Below are positions 12,085 to 21,765 of a stretch of DNA of 64,000 nt, piece after piece. The position numbers were made by a program, and so were the translations under genes. The notes under the pieces were generated by a model. That model was given only the letters and a program-made list of their open reading frames with translations, was not told the origin of the DNA and searched no databases. The stretch comes from the human T2T-CHM13v2.0 reference genome, Homo sapiens, in the NCBI RefSeq assembly GCF_009914755.1, contig NC_060934.1; one strand, 5' to 3'. Position 1 is the first letter of the stretch, and every line of letters starts with the position of its first letter.

Positions 12085-12832
12085 ACAAGTATTTTCTGGT
12101 AAGTTTAGTGTTCCAGAGACTGTTAACCTGGTGATGCACCGGTTAATAAAACATCCTTAAGAGAAATAAAAGTTTAAAAATAAACCTGATGATAAAATGC
12201 AGTAGTGTACACAATGCCACTTATCAGCATGTTTTCTGTCGGTCACCCATGATCCAGAAAATGTCTTTAGTATAAGCCATTGATAAAGATGCCTGAAAAA
12301 TTTACGTATAGAAGACATAGTCACAAAATTATTTTTTTCTTTGATATCCCTTGTTACCTCAAACAGAATTTACCACTCCAATTCAATTTCTGAATACATG
12401 GGAGTTAATAGAATACTCCTAATCCATTTATAGGATCTACACTAAGTAAAAAAATTAAAGACATCTGAAAATTATTTTGTGAGTCCTTATAATCCATATC
12501 AACAATCATGGAATATATTATGTAATAGACCAAAAATTAATCATCATATTAACCAAAAACACATAGCAAGGCAAGATAACTACATATTTTCATTTGGAAA
12601 TTGGGAAATTTAGTCAATTTTAAAACTCAGCAAATGAGATCATTTCACAGAAGCAACCTAGGTTTGTTGGTAAATTAAAATTATAACATTTTCTTTTGGT
12701 TTGGGAGGGTAGTTGCTCTTCTGTAAATTGTGTACTCACATAAGAAATATATCTATGTTCTCAGAGACACTTGCTGTAGAGGTAATAATATGAAGTTAGC
12801 TCAGGGATCAGGGCCTCACAGTGCAGTGCTGG

Positions 12833-12869
<37 letters not shown>

Positions 12870-12871
<2 letters not shown>

Positions 12872-13012
12872 CCTGCACCTTGAGTAAAAGTTTCCTGAGG
12901 CCTCCCCGGAAGCAGAAACCACCATGCTTCCTGCATAGCCTATGGAACCGTGAGCCAACTAAAGGTATTTCTCACGTATTTCTTTATAGCAATGCAAGAA
13001 CGTACTAATACA
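12870..13012 (+). mobile_element. MST (MaLR) LTR 3' fragment, copy 2, preceded by a ~33-nt poly-T
   Basis: ttcctgaggcctccccggaagcaga...ccatgcttcctg...gtgagccaa...tatttctttatagcaatgcaagaacgtactaataca, the canonical MST terminus ending in CA. Confidence 0.85.
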
Positions 13013-14420
13013 GCTAAGCAGAGGCCATCAGGACCAGCAACAGTCTGAGCTGGATGAGAGACAAAGCTAAACTTTGAGCAGCGGCAGGAGCTGCCAAGGA
13101 GACAGAAAGGAAGGATGGACTCCTAAATTCCAGGATGTCTCCTTTAAGTCTGTAAGAAGCTCAGCCACCGTCTCCTTACCTGACTCCTCTGGGAAAGAGT
13201 TTCCCTAGGTTAATCCATACAGGGATAGGGTAGGAGATGCCATTTGGATCTAGGAGCAGAGGGCAGAGACTCAGCAGGAAAAGTGTCTCTATGAGAAGGA
13301 GACACAGTGGAACAGGTGTGTAGGTTCACAGGGCCAGCTATGGGTAGAGTCGGGTGTACATTTTTAGAAGCCACAATTCCCAAAAATCTCCTGACTATAA
13401 CATCAGTGCACAGAGCCAGTCAAATGGAGGAGGAGTGGGTCCAGGCAATTCAGGAAGAAGGAAAGTAACAAATGAGTTGTTGCAGGAGGACACCTTTTCT
13501 GTCGAGGTCACTAAACAAAACATTGTCTCCTCCCCTTAACTTCAGAAACAAGCAATGGAGGGTAAAAGTGTTGCCTGGGCCCTGGGGGCAAAGGCAGTAG
13601 ATAACTTCTCTGTCGTGTTCTCCAGAAGGGCCCATTCCAGCCTCACAGGCCGAGAAGTCTGTTCGGTTCCCAAGTACTAGAGATGCTGCTATACGGGACT
13701 CCCGAATTTCCTTCCTGAAGCAGAGGCTGCCCAGCCTTTTCTTCCTGTTTTATTTTTTCCCAGGAAGAAACTTTCTTGTACAATTACAAGGTTCTACGGT
13801 TCTAAATTCCAATCTAGTCTTCCACATCATTTTGAAGGTATAATATTACTTGTCAAAATGGGATGATAGAAGATATGTGTGGACATAAATTGTTGACAAG
13901 GAAAAAACTAAAATAAGAAAATAAGAGAGAAAAATATATGTATGTACAGTGGTTAGCTAGAAATATGCCTTTTAAATATTTGGCATGTGGTATGTGGGCC
14001 TCAATATGTACTATTGCACTAGCTTCCCCAATATTAAGGGATGTCTTTTAAAAGAAAAACCTCTTCCTAAAAGGTTAACAGTTAAAATAACCAGAGTGGC
14101 ACAGGTACCAGTCATTAAGTGAAACCTTTCATCTTCCCAGAATAGTACCTGTTCCCAAGCCAGCTTCTTTGAAAATCTCTTTTCTCTCCTTTACTATTTA
14201 GTTTACAGATTGTATAGTAACATTACAGAAACCACAATAGTAGCAAAAAAATAAATAATATTTTTAAATGAAAACTCACATCCTAACTCTACCAAAACAT
14301 GAAAATTAAACCTGAATGCCTCCCATTCCTGATATATTTTTCACCTAAATATTCAGCTCTGGGATTGCATTGTTTTTGGATTGAGTGGAAATTATTGCCT
14401 GGTCTTGAAATCTTCCATAA

Positions 14421-14472
14421 TGTGTGTGTGTGTGTGTGTGTGCATGTGTGTATGTGTATGTATGTATGTGTG
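14421..14472. repeat. (TG)n/(TATG)n microsatellite
   Basis: Directly visible. Confidence 0.95.
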
Positions 14473-14641
14473 GTGAATATATTTCTTTTTGTTCAGAGCA
14501 AACATTTTTTCAATATGTATATTTATTTTAGGCAGATTATGCTAGTAATTTTCTACAAATGTGCTTTTTAAAAAATAACCTTTAACTAAAAAAAAAATTA
14601 TTCTTACTCAGTGGCCCACAATTGTTAAAAATGCTACTAAT

Positions 14642-14795
14642 GGAGCTGGGTATGGTGACACACACCTGTCATCCCAGCTACTTGGGAGACTGAGGCAGGG
14701 GTATTGCTTAAATTTGGGAATGTGAAACCAGCCTGGGCAACATAGTGAGATCTCAATCTCAAAAATCAATCAATCATTAAAAAATAAAATAAAAT
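14642..14795 (+). mobile_element. Alu monomer (FLAM_A-like)
   Basis: cccagctacttgggagactgaggc...accagcctgggcaacatagtgaga then A-tail; TSD-like aaaatgctactaat / aaaacactactaat. Confidence 0.8.
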
Positions 14796-14881
14796 AAAAC
14801 ACTACTAATAGCTTTTTAAAAAATAGTTCTTAACCAATTTTCCTAGCACCTTCCTTTCCTCAGTGAAGTATAGAAATATGT

Positions 14882-15192
<311 letters not shown>

Positions 15193-15826
15193 AAAGTATT
15201 TGTTTTAGAAAAAACATTTGGTGAGGTTTGGGCTTAAAAATATATTATTCTAAAATATTCATAAATATTCTCTAGTAATGATAAGATTAAAGTGACAAAG
15301 ACAAACTTTTTTCCTGTGCAGTTCCATCTCTCACCTTCCTGTAATTTGTCTGTCCCATCCAGCTTCCAAAGGAAATTATTTACAAAATAATGTCTGCATC
15401 CTGGGTCTATATATCTATTGCCTATGAGGAGAGCGTTTAAGATCTGAGCCATCTTCAAGTCTTATTCTTTGTGTATAGCTCTCATGTTTTTGCAGGTTAA
15501 GTAAGTTTGTATACCCTTTATTTTATTAATCTGTGTATGGTCAGTTCATTTCAGGTAATCTTCAGAGGGTGAAAGGGGAAGCTTTTCACTTCACTCCTAC
15601 TGTGACAACTAACTACTTTCTTAATTATTCAATTTTTTAGTCTATATCAACACTTTCATATACATTTACTTTTAAACAAAATTTTGCATCATTACACTTA
15701 AAATTTTATTTACCTTTTAAAAAGGAAATTAAAAATAAAATTAAAAATTATAAAATTTTACATAATAAAAATAAAATAAATGATTTATATAAAAATTAAT
15801 CTGACCTGTGAAAAACACTATCCAGA

Positions 15827-16130
15827 GGCCAGGCGTGGTGGCTAACGCTTTTAATCCCAGCACTTTGGGAGACCGAGGTGGGTGGATCACGAGGTCAGGC
15901 GATCTAGACCACGATGAAACCCCTCTCTACCAAAAATACAAAAAATTAGCTGGGCGTAGTGGCGGGCGCCTGTAGTCCCAGCCACTTGGAGAGGCTGAGG
16001 CAGGAGAATGGCATGAACCCGGGAAGTGGAGCTTGCAGTGAGCCGAGATCATGCCACTGGAATCCAGCCTGGGTGACAGAGCCAGACTCTGTCAAAAAAA
16101 AAAAAAAAAAAAAAAAAAGAAAAAGAAAAA
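15827..16130 (+). mobile_element. AluY, Yd lineage (12-bp left-arm deletion)
   Basis: gaccacgatgaaaccc lacks 12 nt of the AluY consensus; 17-bp TSD gaaaaacactatc(c/g)aga at 15810-15826 and 16131-16147. Confidence 0.9.
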
Positions 16131-16538
16131 GAAAAACACTATCGAGAGAATAAAAAGACAAATCACAGACTGGGAGTAAAAATTTACAAAAGCTATATCT
16201 GGTGAAGATACATTTGTTATCCAAAATATACAAAGAACTCTCAGGACTCAATAATAGGAAAACAAATAGTCTAACACAAATGTAGAGATCTGAACAGACA
16301 TTGCACCATAGAATACAGATGGATGATATGTAAGAACATTGAAAGATGTTCAACATCATTCATCATTAGGGAAATGTAAATTAAAACCACAATGAGATAC
16401 TGCTACATGCCTATTAGAATAGCTAAAATTTAAAAGACTGACCATACTAAACATTGGTGAGAACACAAAGGAAAAGGAATGCTCATACACTGCTGCTGGA
16501 AATATAGCCACTTTTTCAGTTTCTTTAAAAGTTAAAGT

Positions 16539-16833
16539 GGCTGGGAGCAGTGGCTCACGCCTGTAATCCCAGCACTTTGGGAGGCCAAGGCGGGCAGATC
16601 ACGAGGTCGGGAAATCAAGACCATCCTAGCTAACACGATGAAACCCCATACCTACTAAAAATACAAAAAATTAGCCGGGCGTGGTGGCTAGCACCTGTAA
16701 TCCCAGCTACTCCAGAGGCTGAGGCAGGAGAATGGCGTGGACCCGGGAGGCGGAGCTTTCAGTGAGCCGCGATGCACCACTGCACTCCAGCCTGGGCAAC
16801 AGAGCGAGACTCCGTCTCAAAAAAAAAAAAAAA
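16539..16833 (+). mobile_element. AluY
   Basis: gatcacgaggtc...gaccatcctagctaacacg...gagaatggcgtg...gcggagctt, with A-tail. Confidence 0.95.
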
Positions 16834-17212
16834 GGTGAACATATCACACCACCTAGTCATTCAAATCCTGCTTATTTGCCCAAGACAAATGAAAGCGTAT
16901 GTCCAAATGATTGGACAAACATTCGTAGCAACTTTATTAGAAATAGCAAAAACAACTGGAAGCAAACCAAATGTCCATCAAGAGGTGAATAGATACTCTA
17001 ACTGTAGAATATCCATACAATAAAACTATTTTTTTTAAACTACGGGACAAAAAACAAAAAACCAAAGATAGAATCTAACTTCTTGGTAAATACATTCACT
17101 ACTAGGATTTTTATAACAGAGAAGTCATTCTTTATTAACACTCTTTTGACTATGAAAATATTTTGACATCAAAAATCTGCAAAATTTGAAGAAACAAAGG
17201 ACACACAGCTTT

Positions 17213-17525
17213 TTCTATTTTTTATTTTTATTTTATTTTTATTTTTTTGAGGAGTCTCTTTCTGTCACCCAGGCTGGAGTGCAGTGGCGCGATCTTAGCT
17301 CACTGCAAGCTGCGCCTCCCGGTTCACGCCATTCTCCTGCCTCAGTCTCCCGAATAGCTGGGACTACAGGCGCCCGCCACCAATCCCGGCTAATTTTTTG
17401 TATTTTTAGTAGAGACGGGGTTTCACCGTTATCCAGGATGGTCTCAATCTCATGACCTCGTGATCTGCCCGCCTCGGCCTCTCAAAGTGCTGGGATTACA
17501 GGCGTGAGCCACCGCCCCCGGCCCC
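17213..17525 (-). mobile_element. AluY
   Basis: gcaagctgcgcctcccggttcacgccattctcc; perfect 15-bp TSD aggacacacagcttt at 17198-17212 and 17526-17540, followed by aaaa (L1 endonuclease-type site). Confidence 0.96.
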
Positions 17526-18379
17526 AGGACACACAGCTTTAAAATTTCTTCTTGGTCTCACCCAGTGCCAACCACCTAAAACCTCTCATTTTCCCACAGA
17601 CATTTCTTCTGCCTCCAGGACGGAGGTAGAGAATCTTGGCCTTGGGCCACGCACTGGGGACCATGCTGGGCTGCCATGGTCAGTGACGGACTCAGGTTCT
17701 CACCAGGGTCCCCAAAATAGGCCCCTGAAAAAAATGTTACCATCAGGGTGTGCTCCCTGATTCTTGTGTCTGCTGGAAGGAGGAAATCAAGTCAGGAACA
17801 TTGTCAGGATAGAGATGAAAATGGGGCTCACTTTTCTGTCTCTTGTGATGTCAGACAAGCCTTTCAGCTCTGTCTCCTCAGCCCTCATGGAATTGTTTGG
17901 TGTGGACGCACCGAGATTCTGAACTGGGTCCCCTTTCCCTCTGCCCTTCTCTGGGGCCACATTCTGAGCTCTCCATTCCAATTTTTCCCCTAATTTGCCC
18001 TTGCATTTATTTATCTGGATTACTGTCTGCCTGTCCCAAAGAATAAAAGCTTTATCACAGTGGGGATTTTGTTTAAAAAATAATAATAACAGCTATATTT
18101 TTAGGAACCATAACACTGTCCAGCATATCGGTGGTGTCTGATAAAAAATGTTCGTTGACTGAATGAACAAATATATTATTCACAATTCACATTATCATGA
18201 ACTGGCTAGGAAATTAAATACCTGATATCAGTATTGGCAACATTATGAAGTAAATATAATTCTGATACAGTGCTCGTGAAAGTCTAATATGAAATGCTCA
18301 TTTTAGAAAACATTTTCTTGTAGATTTGAATATGTTTCATCTCCATGAACTAGTTGTACATCTGCAAGTTGTGTATCTT

Positions 18380-18973
18380 TGGGTTAGGCAGAATAATTGC
18401 CCCCCACCAAAGACAGCCACATCCCAGTCTTCAGATAAGGTGAACATGCTAACGTAAGTTAGCATGTTCAAAGGGACTTGGCAGATGTGATTACCATTAA
18501 GGGAAATTACCTTGAATTACCTTGGTGAGCCAATCTAATCTCATAATTCCTTGAGAGCAGAGAATATTTTCTGGATGCTGAGATTCAGACAGATGGCAGT
18601 ATGAGAAAGATGTGGCCTGCTATTACTGGCTTTTAAAACAGTGGTAGGGGGCCACAAGCCAAGGAAAGCCAGTGACCTTAGAAGCTGGGAATGACCCAAA
18701 GTTTACAACCAGGAAGAAACTGAGGATCTACAACAAGGAACTGAATTCTGCCAACAACCCAGATGCTCTTTTAGAGCCTTCAGAAAGAAATGCAGCCTGC
18801 CAACATCTTGATGTTAGTTCAGTGAGAGCCATGCCAGATTTCCAACCAAAACAATTCTAAGACAATAAGTTTGTGTGTGTTTTTTAAAACTGACTCAAAT
18901 CTTACAAAAATGTGTTCTTTTAAGCCACTGAATTTGTGGTAAATTGTTACAGCAGGAATAGAAAACTGATACA
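18380..18973 (+). mobile_element. MLT1 (MLT1D/E-like) MaLR solo LTR
   Basis: ggcagaataattgcccc, aaagggacttggcagatgtgatta, aaggaactgaattctgccaacaacc and taagccactgaatttgtggtaaattgttacagcaggaatagaaaactgataca match recalled MLT1 consensus. Confidence 0.88.
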
Positions 18974-19849
18974 ACCCTAGAGAAAGTCTTTTACCTGTGC
19001 CCTGTAAACACACAGCAGAATTTTTTTTAACTTTTTATTGAGTTAAAAATACATATATAATTTACCTTCTGTACATTTTTAGAGGACAGTTTAGTGGTGA
19101 TAAATACATTTATATTTTCTTCTCTTAATCTCCTCTTCCCACTCCCCTTGCTGGCCTCTAGCAACCACCGATTTACTTTCTATCTTCATGAGATCCACTT
19201 TTTTACTGCCCACATATGAGTGACAACATGTGGTATTTGCCTTTCTGTGCTTGGCTCATTCCACTTAACACAATGGCCTATGTTCATTAGGTTAAACCAA
19301 ATGGCCAGCGCCACCTGTGTTGCTGCGAATGACAGAATTTCATTCTTCTTTGTATCTGAGTGGTATTCCATTATGTGTATATATGACTTTTAAAATCTAT
19401 TCATTTGTTGGTGAGCACTTACGTTGATTCCATATTTTGTCTATTGTGAATAGCGCTGCAGTACACATCGGCATGTAGATATGTCTTTGATACATTAATT
19501 TCCTTTATTTTGGATATATATCCAGTAAAGAAATTGCTGGACCACATGGTAGTTCTATTTTTACTTTTTTGAGGAACCTCCATACTGTTCTCCATAGTGG
19601 CTTTATTAATGTAGATTCCCACCAACAGTGTGGTAGTATTTCCCTTTCTCCACATCCTTGCCAGCATCTGTTATTGCCTGTCTTTTTGAAACAAGTCATT
19701 TCAACCAAGGTGAGATGATATTGCATTGTGATTTTGATCTGCATTTCTTTGACGAATAGTGATATTTAACATTTTTTCATCTTCCTATTGGCCATTTGTA
19801 TGTCTTCTTTTGAGAAAATATCTGTTCAGATCTTTTGCCCATTTTTAAA

Positions 19850-20317
19850 TTGTATTTATTTATATATTTTTAACTATTGTTTTTTTTAGAAGCAAGGTCT
19901 TGCTTTGTCACCCAAGCTAAAGGGCAGTAGCATAATCATAGCTCACTGTAACCTCAAACTCCTGGGATTAAGAAATCCTCCTGACCAGGCGCGGTGGCTC
20001 ACGCCTGTATTCCCAGCACTTTGGGAGGCCGAGGCGGGCAGATCACGAGGTCAGGAGATCGAGACCATCCTGGCTAACAAGGTGAAACCCCGTCTCTACT
20101 AAAAATACAAAAAATTAGCAGGACTTGGTGCCGGGCGCCTGTAGTCCCAGCTACTCAGGAGGCTGAGGCAGGAGAATGGCGTGAACCCCGGGGGAGCAGA
20201 GCCTGCAGTGAGCCGAGATCGTGCCACTGCACTCCAGCCTGGGCGACAGCGAGACTCCATCTCACAAAAAAAAAAAAAAAAAAAAAAAGAAATCCTCCTA
20301 CCTCAGCCTCTTCAGTA
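19850..20317 (-). mobile_element. 5'-truncated AluJ right arm, split by an AluY
   Basis: caaggtcttgctttgtcacccaagct...ctcaaactcctgggattaagaaatcctcct|acctcagcctc; TSD gcccattttt at 19837 and 20318. Confidence 0.85.
19983..20286 (+). mobile_element. AluY, Ye-lineage-like
   Basis: gaaccccgggggagcagagcctgcag and ggcgacagcgagac (2-nt deletion) fit recalled AluYe diagnostics; 13-bp TSD aagaaatcctcct at 19970-19982 and 20287-20299. Confidence 0.9.
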
Positions 20318-20595
20318 GCCCATTTTTCAATCAGATTTTTTGTTTGTGTATTATTGAGTTGTTTGAGCTCCTTATATATTCTACTTGTTAATCCTTTATC
20401 AGATAGATAGTTTGAAAATATTTTGTCCCATTCTCTGGTTAGCTCTTCACTTTGTTGATTGTTTCCTTTGCTTGAGGCTTTTTAGTTTGATATAATCCCA
20501 TTGTCTATTTTTGATTTTGTTGCCTGTGTTTCCGAGGTCTTACGCAAAAAAATCTTTGCCCAGACTAATGTCCTGGAGCATTTCTCCTATGCTTT

Positions 20596-20829
20596 CTTTT
20601 TTTCTTTCTTTTTTTGTTTTCACGCCATTCTCCTGCCTCAGCCTCCTGAGTAGCTGGGACTACAGGCGCCCACCATCATGCCCCGCTAATATATTTTTTT
20701 TTTGTATTTTTAGTAGAGACAGAGTTTCACCATGTTAGCCAGGGTGGTCTCGATCTCCTGACCTTGTGATCTGGCTGCCTTGGCCTCCCAAAGTGCTGAG
20801 ATTACAGATGAGAGCCACCGCACCCAGCC
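20596..20829 (-). mobile_element. AluY lacking the distal right arm
   Basis: T-tract joins directly to ttcacgccattctcc; TSD tcctatgcttt at 20585 and 20832. Confidence 0.9.
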
Positions 20830-21585
20830 TTTCCTATGCTTTTTTTTTTTTTTACTAGCTTCACAGTTTCAGGTCTCAGATTCAAGTCTTTAATCCATTT
20901 TTATTTGATTTGATTTTTGTGTATGGTAAGATAGGTTTCATTTTATCCTTCTGCATATGGTTATTCAGTTTTCCCAGGATCATTTATTGAAAAGACTGTT
21001 GTTTTCCCAGTGTATGTTCTTGATGCCTTTGTCAGAGATGAGTTGTTAGTAAATGTGTATATTTGTCTGTGATCTCTATTCTGTTCCACTGTCCTATGTG
21101 TCTGTTTTTATGCCAGAAGAAATATATTGGCAATAATTAGTACAGAAAAGCTGAAACAATGAAATGACAAAACTGAACTATACTGATATAATTCATTATG
21201 CTCACTAAATGCAATAGCATACAGCTAGGAAAACAATGTAGTGCACACGGTATTAAAATACAACACAATTCAATATACACAGTGCTCATAGTGGCCATCG
21301 TTAGAGTGTTGAAGAAGGGGATGTAGTCAGCAATAGTTGTACAGGTGACTTCAAAAGTAATAATAAGCACTTATGATTACTTTTGGCTTAATTTCTTAAA
21401 CCAAGACTGGAGACACAGGTGTTCATTATGTGCTTATTATATATATAAAATAAATATTTTATAAATATATTGTTTCTATTCAGTATTTAATAAAGTAAAT
21501 CAATAGAAAAGGTTAAAAAGCAAAGCACACATATTTCAAATGTTTTTTGCTCCAAATTATATAAACATTGCATAGTTATTGCCCT

Positions 21586-21765
21586 GGGCCTGGCAAGGTG
21601 ACTCACACCTCTCATCCTAGCACTTTAGGAGACTGAGGCAGGAGGATAGCTTCAGCCCCAGAGGTCAAGGCTGCAGTGAGCCTTAATTGCACTACTGCAC
21701 TCCAGCCTAGGTGACAGAGCAAGATGCTGTCTGAAGATAAAAATAAAAATAAGTTAATAAATAAA
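21586..21765 (+). mobile_element. Monomeric Alu (left-arm 5' end, right-arm 3' end; FRAM/AluJ-derived)
   Basis: cctagcactttaggagactgaggcaggaggatagcttcagccccagaggtcaaggctgcagtgagcc...gtgacagagcaaga plus A-rich tail. Confidence 0.8.

Larger units (their letters stand above)
15730..17030 (+). mobile_element. Old L1M fragment (ORF2 3' region) carrying two AluY insertions
   Basis: aaaagacaaatcacagactgggag, cattagggaaatgtaaattaaaaccacaatgagatac and aactggaagcaaaccaaatgtccatcaa are L1 ORF2 3' motifs. Confidence 0.8.
19020..21115 (-). mobile_element. L1MA-type LINE-1 3' portion, interrupted by three Alus
   Basis: ORF pieces MQIKITMQYHLTLVEMTCFKKTGNNRCWQGCGE (19505-19744) and MEYHSDTKKNEILSFAAT (19186-19371) are L1 ORF2p; 3'UTR and T-tract at ~19020. 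Confidence 0.9.

Noticed and set aside
13010-13760. GC-richer stretch with a - strand donor-like CAG|GTAAGG near 13175
   Set aside because: No recognisable coding or RNA homology; one splice-like motif is not enough to call an exon.
17580-17760. Acceptor-like ctctcattttcccacag followed by a possible exon
   Set aside because: No recognisable product or clear donor; cannot be supported without transcript data.
18531-18541. DUX4-like CAATCTAATCT in the MLT1 LTR
   Set aside because: Two mismatches at key end positions; inherited from the LTR and degraded.
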